Shown in pieces: positions 15,659 through 28,859 of a stretch of 64,000 bases of DNA. Origin of the DNA: Neoechinorhynchus agilis (taxonomy: Eukaryota > Animalia > Acanthocephala); NCBI GenBank assembly GCA_051530055.1, contig CM121342.1, positions 4,153,489 to 4,217,488 on the forward strand. Direction: 5' to 3'. How positions within the stretch are numbered: position 1 is the stretch's first letter; each line of letters begins with the position of its first letter. The position numbers and the translations under genes were made by a program. The notes beneath the pieces are model-generated. The model saw only the letters and a list, made by a program, of their open reading frames with translations. It had not been told where the DNA came from and searched no databases.

Positions 15659-16459
15659 ATGGAACTTCTCGATCCATGTCCGGATATTCACAGTCTTTTT
15701 GTCGCATACAACTCAGAATATTTTGAAGGTCGTCTATCATCCGTCGTCGTCGAATGGAGTAAGCGAATGACATCGTAAGTAAATTAATTGTTCACCCTGA
15801 AACAATAACAAATTGTGTAGATGTGCCGGTGTATGTTCGTTCAATTATCGTAATCAATATTGTGTAATTCGATTAGAATGATTGGTAGATAATCTTTATG
15901 CGAACGAAGATTATCTGTCATCGACGAAAGTGAACCTTTATTAAAATATCGTTCTCGGAAAGATTTGGTCGAAACCCTTCTACATGAAATGATCCACGCC
16001 TATTTGTTCGTCAGTGAAAAGAATCAAGACAGAAGTGCTCATGGTCCGAACTTTCAGCTTCACATGAATCGAATCAATGAGCTAGCAGGTCTCAATATTA
16101 CGATATTTCATTCATTCCATGACGAAGTAGATTTGCACCGAGTTCATTGGTGGCAATGCGATGGACCATGTCAATTCCGTCGTCCGTTTTACGGATTGGT
16201 GAAGAGGGCGATGAATAGGAAACCTGGACCGTATGATCGATGGTTTGCCGATCATCAGAAGACCTGCGGTGGACGATTTATCAAGATTCGAGAACCAAAC
16301 AAAAAGAGCGAAATAAAGAAAGCTGATGAAAAGAAGCAAAAAACGATCGATCGGTGGTTTAATCCACAAGCGGATTTCATCGATTTAAGTAACGAACGAA
16401 ATGCAATAACGAAGGAACAGTTGATGAATGCTTTAAGGAATTATAGGAGTAAATGTTAA
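15659..16459 (+). CDS. SPRTN: SprT-like DNA-protein crosslink metalloprotease (short Spartan)
   Basis: ELLDPCPDIHSLF...EWSKRMT-CAGVC...LLHEMIHAYLF (HExxH)...HWWQCDGPC...HQKTCGGRFIKIREP. Intron 15775-15820 is GT-AG; a second interruption at ~15876-15928 is unresolved. Confidence 0.92.
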
Positions 16460-16724
16460 GGCGCGTGCCTCCTTCAAAAAAATTAATCAAATTTGTTTCG
16501 GTCCGAATAACGACACAAAATTATTTTATTAATATTTCGTCCGTAGAACTTGTAAGTTTTTGGAGACTCGAGCGAGGACTTTATGAGTTGGGTTCTCTTA
16601 AAGCGAACCAAGTGAGTTTAGTGTGTTTTCTTGAATAAAAGTTTTACAACTTTTTTCACAATAAAAATTCGCTAATATTAAATTATTTTATTTCACCTTT
16701 ATCAAAATAAAGAATAAAAATAAT

Positions 16725-18505
16725 TCAATTTTAATATTTCGTCTTCTACTCGCGCGGGGACTTCAGAGTTTTTGGTTATCAAAAGACGCTTAAGACCTCG
16801 TTTTTTGATGAAAAAATATTAAATAAAATTCCATTTATTGTTTCGGTCGAGACGAAATAAAGAAAGTAATTTATTTTAGACAATTTTTATTGCGAAAAAA
16901 AAGTTATAAAACTTTCTTTAGATTGTTTTTTAATATTTTAACCATTCCGATGAAGTCCCCGCGCGAGTAGACGAAATATTAAATTATTTTATTTCGTCTC
17001 GACCGAAACAATAAATGGAATTTTATTTAATATTTTTTTATTAAAAAAATGAGGTCTTAAGCGTCTTTTAATAACTAGAAACTCTGAAATCCCCGCGCGA
17101 GTAGACGAAATATTAAATTATTTTATTTCGTCTCGACCGAAGCAATAAATGGAATTTTATTTAATATTTTTTTATCAAAAAACGAGGTCTTAAGCGTCTT
17201 TTGATAACTAAAAACTCTGAAGTCCTCGCGCGAGTAGAAGACGAAATATTAAATTATTTTATTTCGTCTCGACCGAAACAATAAATGGAATTTTATTTAA
17301 TATTTTTTTATCAAAAAACGAGGTCTTAAGCGTCTTTTAATAACTAAAAACTCTGAAGTCCCCGCGCGAGTAGAAGACGAAATATTAAATTATTTTATTT
17401 CGTCTCGACCGAAACAATAAATGGAATTTTATTTAATATTTTTTTATCAAAAAACGAGGTCTTAAGCGTCTTTTAATAACTAAAAACTCTGAAGTCCCCG
17501 CGCGAGTAGAAGACGAAATATTAAATTATTTTATTTCGTCTCGACCGAAACAATAAATGGAATTTTATTTAATATTTTTTTATCAAAAAACGAGGTCTTA
17601 AGCGTCTTTTAATAACTAAAAACTCTGAAGTCCCCGCGCGAGTAGAAGACGAAATATTAAATTATTTTATTTCGTCTCGACCGAAACAATAAATGGAATT
17701 TTATTTAATATTTTTTTATCAAAAAACGAGGTCTTAAGCGTCTTTTAATAACTAAAAACTCTGAAGTCCTCGCGCGAGTAGAAGACGAAATATTAAATTA
17801 TTTTATTTCGTCTCGACCGAAACAATAAATGGAATTTTATTTAATATTTTTTTATCAAAAAACGAGGTCTTAAGCGTCTTTTAATAACTAAAAACTCTGA
17901 AGTCCTCGCGCGAGTAGAAGACGAAATATTAAATTATTTTATTTCGTCTCGACCGAAACAATAAATGGAATTTTATTTAATATTTTTTTATCAAAAAACG
18001 AGGTCTTAAGCGTCTTTTAATAACTAAAAACTCTGAAGTCCCCGCGCGAGTAGAAGACGAAATATTAAATTATTTTATTTCGTCTCGACCGAAACAATAA
18101 ATGGAATTTTATTTAATATTTTTTTATCAAAAAACGAGGTCTTAAGCGTCTTTTAATAACTAAAAACTCTGAAGTCCCCGCGCGAGTAGAAGACGAAATA
18201 TTAAATTATTTTATTTCGTCTCGACCGAAACAATAAATGGAATTTTATTTAATATTTTTTTATCAAAAAACGAGGTCTTAAGCGTCTTTTAATAACTAAA
18301 AACTCTGAAGTCCTCGCGCGAGTAGAAGACGAAATATTAAATTATTTTATTTCGTCTCGACCGAAACAATAAATGGAATTTTATTTAATATTTTTTTATC
18401 AAAAAACGAGGTCTTAAGCGTCTTTTAATAACTAAAAACTCTGAAGTCCCCGCGCGAGTAGAAGACGAAATATTAAATTATTTTGTTTCGTCTCGACCGA
18501 AGCAA
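16725..18505. repeat. Tandem repeat, 136-bp unit x ~11.5, preceded by one inverted copy (~16730-16860)
   Basis: ctctgaagtcc at 17351, 17487, 17623 and onward; the reverse-complement copy starts tttaatatttcgtcttctactcgcgcggggacttcagag. Confidence 0.93.
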
Positions 18506-18934
18506 TCTATGGATAAAATCTTTACAATCCTTCGAATTTGCTTTTAAATATCAGCATTTCCACCTCGTTCACTCGAATAAGACATTCAGAAATAGAAAAC
18601 TTGTGGGCTTAGGTATTTTCGCTAAATGTTAGAAAAATGGTTTGTTTGGAATTTAGGAGAACGCAAATCAAAAACCGTCAATTCCGAAAACGAATGAGTG
18701 TCAGTCGCTTTCTCTACCGTGCCGTTTCCTACGTTTCGGTCGTGTTTGCGGTAGACTTGCACAAGAAATTGGACGGCGGATCAGGGAATCGGAAACACAA
18801 TACGGAACCAACGCTTCTTTCCGTTTTCTTCCCATTTAGAGCTCCGTGGAGGTTTACGTCAAGTGGTGCCGGCAACTCCGAACGATGGGCCCCTATTTCA
18901 CTCTTTAGGTCCGGAAAAATAAATGGGAGATTTG

Positions 18935-21800
18935 GATTTTTTTTAGTAGAAGCGTTTTTTGGAAGTTCCTTCGAAATAATCGATAAATATCGGCGATTTT
19001 TTAGGTTTTTTGGAAATCCCCCCGAAATGGTCGATGAATATCGGCGATTTTTTTAGATTTTTTGGAAGTTCCTTCGAAATAATCGATAAATATCGGCGAT
19101 TTTTTAGGTTTTTTGGAAATCCCCCCGAAATGGTCGATAAATATCTGCGATTTTTTAAGGGTTTTAAGAAATCCCCCCGAAATGATCGGTAAATATCGTC
19201 GATTTTTTTAAGGGTTTTAAGAAATTCCCCCGAAATGATGGATAAATATCATCGATTTTTTAAGGGTTCTTAAGAAATCCCCCCGAAATGATCGATAAAT
19301 ATCTGCGATTTTTTAGGTTTTTAAGAAATTCCCCCGAAATGATGGATAAATATCATCGATTTTTTAAGGATTCTTAAGAAATCCCCCCGAAATGATCGAT
19401 AAATATCTGCGATTTTTTAGGTTTTTAAGAAATTCCCCCGAAATGATCGATAAATATCATCGATTTTTAAGGGTTTTTAAGAAATCCCCCCGAAATGATC
19501 GATAAATATCGTCGATTTTTAAAGGTTCTTAAAAAATCCCCCGAAATGATCGATAAATATCGTCGATTTTTTAAGGATTCTTAAAAAATCCCCCGAAATG
19601 ATCGATAAATATCTGCGATTTTTTAGGTTTTTAAAAATTCCCCCGAAATAATCGATAAATATCCGATTTTTAGGGTTTTTAAGAAATCCCCCGAAATGAT
19701 CGATAAATATCGTCGATTTTTAAAGGTTCTTAAAAAATCCCCCCGAAATGATGATAAATATCGTCGATTTTTTAAGGTTCTTAAAAAATCCCCCGAAATG
19801 ATCGATAAATATCTGCGATTTTTTAAGGATTCTTAAAAAATCCCCCCGAAATGATCGATAAATATCGTCGATTTTTAAGGGTTTTTAAGAAATCCCCCGA
19901 AATGATCGATAAATATCATCGATTTTTTAAGGATTCTTAAAAAATCCCCCCGAAATGATCGATAAATATCTGCGATTTTTTAGGTTTTTAAGAAATTCCC
20001 CCGAAATAATCGATAAATATCATCGATTTTTAAGGGTTTTTAAGAAATCCCTCCGAAATGATCGATAAATATCGTCGATTTTTAAAGGTTCTTAAAAAAT
20101 CCCCCCGAAATGATTGATAAATATCGTCGATTTTTTAAGGATTCTTAAAAAATCCCCCGAAATGATCGATAAATATCTGCGATTTTTTAAGGATTCTTAA
20201 AAATTCCCCCCGAAATGATCGATAAATATCTGCGATTTTTTAAGGGTTCTTAAGAAATTCCCCCGAAATGATCGATAAATATCATCGATTTTTAAGGGTT
20301 TTTTAAGAAATCCCCCCGAAATGATCGATAAATATCGTCGATTTTTAAAGGTTCTTAAAAAATTTCCCCGAAATAATCGATAAATATCGTCGATTTTTTA
20401 AGGATTCTTAAAAAATCCCCCCGAAATGATGGATAAATATCGTCGATTTTTTAAGGATTCTTAAGAAATCCCCCGAAATCATCGATAAATATCATCGATT
20501 TTTTAAGGATTCTTAAAAAATCCCCCCGAAATGATCGATAAATATCTGCGATTTTTTAGGTTTTTAAGAAATTCCCCCGAAATAATCGATAAATATCTGC
20601 GATTTTTTAAGGATTCTTAAAAAATCCCCCCGAAATGATCGATAAATATCTGCGATTTTTTAAGGATTCTTAAAAAATCCCCCCGAAATGATCGATAAAT
20701 ATCGTCGATTTTTTAAGGATTCTTAAAAAATCCCCCCGAAATGATGGATAAATATCGTCGATTTTTTAAGGATTCTTAAAAAATCCCCCCGAAATGATCG
20801 ATAAATATCTGCGATTTTTTAAGGATTCTTAAAAAATCCCCCAAATGATCGATAAATATCTCGATTTTTTGTTCTAAAAAATCCCCCCGAAATGATCGAT
20901 AAATATCGATTTTTTAAGGATTCTTAAAAAATCCCCCGAAATGATCGTAAATATCCGATTTTTTAAGGTTCTAAAAATCCCCCCGAAATGATCGATAAAT
21001 ATCGTCGATTTTTTAAGGATTCTTAAAAAATCCCCCCGAAATGATCGATAAATATCGTCGATTTTTTAAGGATTCTTAAAAAATCCCCCCGAAATGATCG
21101 ATAAATATCTGCGATTTTTTAAGGATTCTTAAAAAATCCCCCCGAAATGATCGATAAATATCTGCGATTTTTTAAGGATTCTTAAAAAATCCCCCCGAAA
21201 TGATTATAAATATCGCGATTTTTTAAGGGTTTTTAAGAAATCCCCCCGAAATGATCGATAAATATCGTCGATTTTTTAAGGGTTCTTAAGAAATCCCCCC
21301 GAAATGATCGATAAATATCTGCGATTTTTTAAGGATTCTTAAAAAATCCCCCCGAAATGATCGATAAATATCTGCGATTTTTTAAGGGTTTTTAAGAAAT
21401 CCCCCCGAAATGATCGATAAATATCTGCGATTTTTTAAGGATTCTTAAAAAATCCCCCCGAAATGATCGATAAATATCGTCGATTTTTTAAGGATTCTTA
21501 AAAAATCCCCCCGAAATGATTTATAAATATCTGCGATTTTTTTAGGTTTTTAAGAAATCCCCCCGAAATGATCGATTAATATCATCGATTTTTTAAGGAT
21601 TCTTAAAAAATCCCCCCGAAATGATCGATTAATATCATCGATTTTTTAAGGATTCTTAAAAAATCCCCCCGAAATGATGGATAAATATCTGCGATTTTTT
21701 AAGGGTTCTTAAGAAATCCCCCCGAAATGATTTATAAATATCTGGGATTTTTTAAGGATTCTTAAGAAATCCCCCCGAAATGATCGATAAATATCATCGA
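18935..21800. repeat. Minisatellite, ~54-bp unit x ~50
   Basis: cccccgaaatgatcgataaatatc(gt/tg)cgattttttaaggattcttaaaaaat repeats, e.g. 21001 to 21055. Confidence 0.95.
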
Positions 21801-21868
21801 TTTGTTGTATTCAAAGTATTGCTCGATAAAAAAGCAACAACATTTATTTTCAATCTTCATTGTTTTAG

Positions 21869-23584
21869 ATGGAATTATCATTGGATTGTGAATTCGATGA
21901 AGCTGCAATCTACAAATTTGAGCCTACATCTCATCAAAGTGACCGGGAAAGCGAGTAAGTTTTCTTTAAAATAGATTTTAAGCTTGGTTCTTAAAGTGAT
22001 GAAGAATATTTTTCAAAATGTATGATATCGTCGATAGCTCTATACAAAATGACATCTCATGCCGTATCTGGTGGATCAAAGGAAGTGATGGGTATTATGA
22101 TTGGAAAGGTTATGAAGAGTCGTAATGGCCGAGGTGTCATGTGTGTGATGGATTCATTTGCCCTTCCAGTCGAAGGAACAGAAGTTCGGGTTAATGCTCA
22201 CGAAGGCGCCTACGAGTACATGTGCGAGTATATTACTCGATGCGAATTGGTTGGATTTTTATTTAAACATTTTCAAAAGATCGTTTTATCTTAGGTTCAT
22301 AGGCCTGAACGAGCTATTGGATGGTATCATAGTCATCCCGGATATGGATGCTGGTTGTCTGGAATTGATGTACAGACTCAGGAAATCAACCAGCGCCATC
22401 AAGATCCTTGGCTCGCTATTGTAGTCGATCCTATACAGAATGCAAGATTCATCTGCGTTCATCGGAGTTTAGATTTCTCGTCAATCCGCATCGATACAAT
22501 CGAAGTTTAGATTTCTCGTCAGTGCGCATCTCACCTAATTCCATCTATCATTTTAACCGAATATTGAACGCAAATTATTTTGGTTCGCCATTGCAGTCGA
22601 TACAATCGAAGTTTAGATTTCTCGTCAGTGCGCATCTCACCTAATTCCATCTATCATTTTAACCGAATATTGAACGCAAATTATTTTGGTTCGCATTGCA
22701 GTCGATACAATCGAAGTTTAGATTTCTCGTCAGTGCGCATCTCACCTAATTCCATCTATCATTTTAACCGAATATTGAACGCAAATTATTTTGGTTCGCC
22801 ATTGCAGTCGATACAATCGAAGTTTAGATTTCTCGTCAGTCCGCATCTCACCTAATTCCATCTATCATTTTAACCGAATATTGAACGCAAATTATTTTGG
22901 TTCGCATTGCAGTCGATACAATCGAAGTTTAGATTTCTCGTCAGTCCGCATCTCACCTAATTCCATCTATCATTTTAACCGAATATTGAACGCAAATTAT
23001 TTTGGTTCGCCATTGCAGTCGATACAATCGAAGTTTAGATTTCTCGTCAATCCGCATCTCACCTAATTCCATCTATCATTTTAACCGTTTTCTCGGAAAA
23101 ACAAAATATTTTGTTGAGAAAATAGAGATTAATTCCCTTTTTTTTGCGTGGAAAATGTTTTTTGAACGCAAATTATCTTGTTATAAGGACGATTGCTAGC
23201 AAATCAGTTGATATAGGAGCATTCCGGACTTATGTTAAAGGGAAGCCAGTTGAAGACATGCGTAACCGAAGAATGCAGGTGCCTGAAGATAAGATTGACG
23301 ACTTTGGATGCCATTTTGAGCGGTATTACAGCCTTGACATTACCTATTTCGGTCTAGATAAGCTTACGGAATTCATGGTTAAAAGTCAAATAGCCATCTC
23401 TAATGCGTTTCCGGTGCAGTCCTTGGACCTTCAGGAACTGGATAATTTATGCAATGACGTGATTAGAAAGCTTAATGGACCAATTGGTGACAATTCTAAC
23501 AAAGAAGAGAAACAAGATGAAAAAGACGAACTGATATTGTCTGCTATCAAGGAAACGGGACTAAACTTTATACTTGGAAAATAA
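21869..23584 (+). CDS. COPS5: COP9 signalosome subunit 5 (JAMM isopeptidase); exons ~21869-21954, 21997-22249, 22295-22437, 23188-23584
   Basis: [35 protein letters not shown] (JAMM motif), [22 protein letters not shown]. Confidence 0.93.
22460..23090. repeat. Intronic tandem repeat, alternating ~104/107-bp units (211-bp dimer), ~6 copies
   Basis: cgatacaatcgaagtttagatttctcgtc recurs; repeat ORFs at 22580, 22791 and 23002 are 211 bp apart. Confidence 0.93.
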
Positions 23585-24231
23585 CTTTCATTTCTGTGCA
23601 ATCTTAAAAGAGATCGACGGCGCTCACAATGATAAAAAACTTTGATATTTAGTTCATCCGCGTTTATTACTTTAAAACGTGGACTGTATTTGCTGACTTC
23701 GTCCTCTCCCCAAATCGGTTTGCCATAGATGGTCATTAACACCTTTAGAAATCTTAAAGATAAACGAGATATTTTCAATCACCGCATCTTCTTCGTGTGA
23801 GAAATCGTGTACTTGGTGCTTCCGTAAAATAAACAATCTTCAAGGTCGGTGGAACTTGACGAATGAGAATCTTGTTTATCTAATTCAGATTCACTCTCTT
23901 TAGAATACTCACTGCATTCTGGACTCTCAAGAGTACCGTTCAGACTAGTGGACGCTTCCATAATTTCAGATGATGGATACAATCTTTTAATCAAAGATTC
24001 GGAATCAGTGGTAACTACTCCAGCGATTGATTGAAACATACCGATTCGCCAAGCTTCCTTTAGAATATCCATTGAACCGGGATTCGGACATTCGCTCAAT
24101 CGCCCCAGAACACCGTCAAGTGAGTGCTCGAGTCTTAGGAGCTGGACTGCCAATGAGGATAACTCGTCGTTTAACTCATCCATGGCTCCGAGGATTGTCT
24201 TTGCTGTACTATGCTTTCCATTACGAGACAT
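23431..24231 (-). CDS. Hypothetical protein with a Ser/Glu-rich middle; possible 30-nt intron ~23782-23753
   Basis: 150-aa ATG ORF with a coiled-coil-like N-terminus joins ORF 23431-23778 in frame via GTGATT...TTTAAG; no family recognised. Confidence 0.35.
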
Positions 24232-24414
24232 CTCGCTTCAGAATTTTTTTCGGCGAACAAATAATATTTAAAACGTATATCGACCAACTGACAAAACGAA
24301 AACCGCGTTTAATCAAAGTCGAATTAACCCCGGCGGAAATTTCAAAAATTAAAGAAAACGAGCGTAAGCAGTTAATGAATTGTATTTATAGTTTGAAGAA
24401 ATTCAATGATATTG

Positions 24415-27400
24415 CAGGCGAGACAATTGTAGGAGCGGATCCGTTTAAAAGCTCCAGCATACAATTTATCCTTCAAAGCGTGGTCATTGGACGAAATAAA
24501 ACCAATGACCGATTGTGTAGGAAAGAGTTATCATTTTCAGAAGATCTCACGGTGAGCAATGATCGCTTTAATCGGATTCGTGAACGGAAACCGATTTTGT
24601 GCGGTCATTTCTAAAGCCACCAGAGAATTTTGACAAATATAATCTTTATCCAACTCAAAATAAAGGCAATTGTTGGAGCGGATCCGTTTAAAAGCTCCAA
24701 TATACAATTTATCCTTCAAAGCGTGGTCATTGGACGAAATAAAACCAATGACCGATTGTGTAGGAAAGAGTTATCATTTTCAGAAGATCTCACGGTGAGC
24801 AATGATCGCTTTAATCGGATTCGTGAACGGAAACCGATTTTGTGCGGTGATTTCTAAAGCCACCAGAGAATTTTGACAAATATAATCTTTATCCAACTCA
24901 AAATAAAGGCAATTGTTGGAGTGGATCCGTTTAAAAGCTCCAGCATACAATTTATCCTTCAAAGCGTGGTCATTGGACGAAATAAAACCAATGACCGATT
25001 GTGAAGGAAAGAGTTATCATTTTCAGAAGATCTCACGGTGAGTAATCATCACTTTAATCGGATTCGTGAACGGAAACCGATTTTGTGCGGTGATTTCTAA
25101 AGCCACCAGAGAATTCTACTAAAGATAATCTTTATCCAACTAAAAATAAAGGCAATTGTTGGAGCGGATCCGTTTAAAAGCTCCAGCATACAATTTATCC
25201 TTCAAAGCGTGGTCATTGGACGAAATAAAACCAATGACCGATGGTGAAGGAAAGAGTTGTCATTTTTCAGAAGATCTCACGGTGAGTAATGATCGCTTTA
25301 ATCGGATTCCTGAACGGAAACCGATTTTGTGCGGTCATTTCTAAAGCCACCCGCGAATTCTGCTAAAGATAATCTTTATCCAACTCAAAATAAAGGCAAT
25401 TGCAGGAGCGGATCCGTTTAAAAGCTCCAGCATACAATTTATCCTTCAAAGCGTGGTCACGGGACGAAATAAAGCCAATGACCGATTGTGAAGGAAAGAG
25501 TTGTCATTTTTCAGAAGATCTCACGGTGAGTAATCATCGCTTTAATCGGATTCGTGAACGGAAACCGATTTGATGCGGTCATTTCTAAAGCCACCAGAGA
25601 ATTCCACTAAAGATAATCTTTATCCAACTCAAAATAAAGGCAATTGTTGGAGTGGATCCGTTAAAAAGCTCCAGCATACAATTTATCCTTCAAAGCGTGG
25701 TCACGGGACGAAATGAAGCCAATGACCGATTGTGAAGGAAAGAGTTGTCATTTTCAGAAGATCTCACGGTGAGCAATGATCGCTTTAATCGATTCTGTGA
25801 ACCGAAACCGATTTTGTGCGGTGATTTCTAAAGCCACCAGAGAATTCTACTAAAGATAATCTTTATCCAACTCAAAATAAGGGCAATTGTAGGAGCGGAT
25901 CCGTTAAAAAGCTCCAATATACAATTTATCCTTCAAAGCGTGGTCATTGGACGAAATAAAACCAATGACCGATTGTGAAGGAAAGAGTTATCATTTTCAG
26001 AAGATCTCACGGTGAGTAATGATCGTTTTAATCGGATTCGTGAACGGAAACCGATTTGATGCGGTCATTTCTAAAGCCACCAGAGAATTCTACTAAAGAT
26101 AATCTTTATCCAACTCAAAATAAGGGCAATTGTTGGAGCGGGATCCGTTTAAAAGCTCCAGCATACAATTTATCCTTTCAAAGCGTGGTCATTGGACGAA
26201 ATAAAACCAATGACCGATTGTGTATGAAGGAGTTATCATTTTCAGAAGATCTCACGGTGAGTAATGATTGTTTTAATCGGATTCGTGAACCGAAACCGAT
26301 TTTGTGCGGTGATTTCAAAGCCACCAGAGAATTCTACTAAAACGATAATCTTTATCCAACTCAAAATAAAGGCAATTGTTGGAGCGGATCCGTTTAAAAG
26401 CTCCAGTATACAATTACCTTCAAAGCGTGGTCATTGGACGAAATAAAACCAATGACCGATTGTGAAGGAAAGAGTTATCATTTTCAGAAGATCTCACGGT
26501 GAGTAATCATCACTTTAATCGGATTCGTGAACGGAAACCGATTTTGTGCGGTCATTTCTAAAGCCACCAGAGAATTCTGCCAAATATAATCTTTATCCAA
26601 CTCAAAATAAGGGCAATTGTTGGAGCGGATCCGTTTAAAAGCTCCAATATACAATTTATCCCTCAAAGCGTGGCCATTGGACGAAATAAAACCAATGACT
26701 CGATTGTAAAGCGAGTTATCATTTTCAGAAGATCTCACGGTGAGCAATGATCGCTTTAATCGATTCGTGAACCGAAACCGATTTTGTGCGGTAATTTCTA
26801 AAGCCACCAGAGAATTCTACTAAATATAATCTTTATCCAACTCAAAATAAAGGCAATTGTTGGAGCGGATCCGTTTAAAAGCTCCAATATACAATTTATC
26901 CTTCAAAGCGTGGTCATTGGACGAAATAAAACCAATGACCGATTGTGTAGGAAAGAGTTATCATTTTCAGAAGATCTCACGGTGAGTAATGACCGTTTTA
27001 ATCGGATTCGTGAACGGAAACCGATTTGATGCGGTCATTTCTAAAGCCACCAGTGACTTCTACTAAAGATAATCTTTATCCAACTCAAAATAAAGGCAAT
27101 TGTTGGAGCGGATCCGTTTAAAAGCTCCAGCATACAATTTATCCTTCAAAGCGTGGTCATTGGACGAAATAAAACCAATGACCGATGGTGAAGGAAAAAG
27201 TTATCATTTTCAGAAGATCTCACGGTGAGTAATCATCGCATTAATCGGATTCGTGAACGGAAACCGACTTTGTGCGGTCATTTCTAAAGCCACCAGAGAA
27301 TTCTACTAAAGATAATCTTTATCCAACTAAAAATAAAGGCAATTGTTGGAGCGGATCCGTTTAAAAGCTCCAGTATACAATTTAGACTTTTGTAATTGGA

Positions 27401-27870
27401 CGAAATAAACCAATGACTGATTGTAAAGGAAAGAGTTATCATTTTCATAAGATCTCACGTGAGTAATGATCGCTTTAATCGGATTCGTGAACGGAAACCG
27501 ATTTTGTGCGGTCATTTCTAAAGCCACCAGTGACTTCTACTGAAGATAATCTTTATCCAACTCAAAATAAAGGCAATTGCAGGAGTGGATCCGTTTAAAA
27601 GCTCCAGTATACAATTTATCCTTCAAAGCGTGGTCACGGGACGAAATAAAACCAATGACCGATTGTGAAGGAAAGAGTTATCATTTTCAGAAGATCTCAC
27701 GGTGAGCAATGATCGCTTCAATCGGATTCGTGAACGGAAACCGATTTTGTGCGGTTATTTCTAAAGCCACCAGAGAATTCTGCCAAAGATAATCTTTATC
27801 CAACTAGAGTTATCATTTTCAGAAGATCCACGGTGAGTGATAAGCTCCAGCATTGGACGAAATAAAACCA
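24415..27870. repeat. Tandem satellite, ~243-bp unit x ~14
   Basis: ggagcggatccgtttaaaagctcc recurs about every 243 bp from ~24432. Confidence 0.95.
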
Positions 27871-27935
27871 ATTAACGATTGTGAACACCCTGCAACGTCA
27901 CAAACTCTCGAAAGAATTCTTCCGTATTTTACTTG

Positions 27936-28517
27936 CTACCTTGTGTTTTCGGGCGATTCTTTTACGGAATCCGTCGCGTCTTTTTTGGTCACGATCGCGT
28001 TTCCTCCGATCGCGGTTACTTTCAATTGTTCAGCTTCATAGGTCATTGCAATGCTGGTCAATCTGCAGTACTTGTTCATTTCAGCCTTGAGAGTGCATCT
28101 TTTCCTCCTTTTTTCTAGTTTATTCTGTAAACTAGCCATTTTCTTCTCCATCATTTCCTTTGAAGGTAGTTTTTCTAATTGTTTCTCTAACACTTCATAT
28201 TCCCGTCGGTTAGCGAGCACTTGTTTCGCCTCCTTTAAATCGTTCTCGAGTAGTTGTCTGTGTCGCCGTTCACCTTCTTCAATTGAACATTGCATTTGTT
28301 CGCTCAATTTCTCGTAGCAATCCTGATCGCGTTCATTGGTCGCCAATACAACCTCACATCGCTCAAAACAAAACTGAATATTTTCCAATAATTGTATCGT
28401 TTCCTTCGAAATCGGTTTAGCGTCCAACAAATGAGTCATCAAAGTTTGATAGCGTCTATCGTCCGTTCCACTGTCACCTTCAAAAATCAATCGCCGTTCA
28501 ATCACTTCATCTTCCAT
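27936..28517 (-). CDS. THOC7: THO complex subunit 7, single exon
   Basis: MEDEVIERRLIFEGDSGTDDRR and KQVLANRREYEVL match THOC7 DDEVIRKRLLIDGDGAGDDRR and KRIRKNRQEYDAL; the start is inferred at the homologous Met. Confidence 0.85.
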   Translation of the reverse strand: MEDEVIERRLIFEGDSGTDDRRYQTLMTHLLDAKPISKETIQLLENIQFCFERCEVVLATNERDQDCYEKLSEQMQCSIEEGERRHRQLLENDLKEAKQVLANRREYEVLEKQLEKLPSKEMMEKKMASLQNKLEKRRKRCTLKAEMNKYCRLTSIAMTYEAEQLKVTAIGGNAIVTKKDATDSVKESPENTR

Positions 28518-28525
28518 GTCTAGAA

Positions 28526-28745
28526 ATGTCGGTCTGGGAGTTTGATGACAATTTCTGTCGAAAATGCGGAACAATCCTTCCACTTCCTAATTTTAACTGG
28601 GACGAGAAACATCCAATCAAGTGCGCTCTGTGCCTACATCAAGTCTCTTGGGAAATAATGAAGGCGAGGACTGAAAAACTTGTTCGGACAAGCGTTTTGG
28701 ACTATGAAAAGGAAAGATTGTTCGATAAAGGACAACAAAATAAAG
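28526..28745 (+). CDS. POLR1H: RNA polymerase I subunit RPA12, N-terminal exon; possible short terminal exon 31013-31053
   Basis: FCRKCGTILPLP...CALC N-terminal zinc ribbon followed by KLVRTSV, matching RPA12 FCSDCGSVLPLP...KVVKTSV; GT donor at 28746. Confidence 0.75.
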
Positions 28746-28859
28746 GTTTAATGTCCATTTTTAGTCGTAAATTTCGTAAACTAATCGAAAAAAGGAACAC
28801 ATTTCCCTGTCTTAAGAGATTTTAGTGCTTTTTTCTAAGATCTTTTTCATAGAATTGAG

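Noticed and set aside
18935-21800. CRISPR-like array
   Set aside because: Contiguous units with no unique spacers, eukaryotic context, no cas genes; the same applies to the other arrays.
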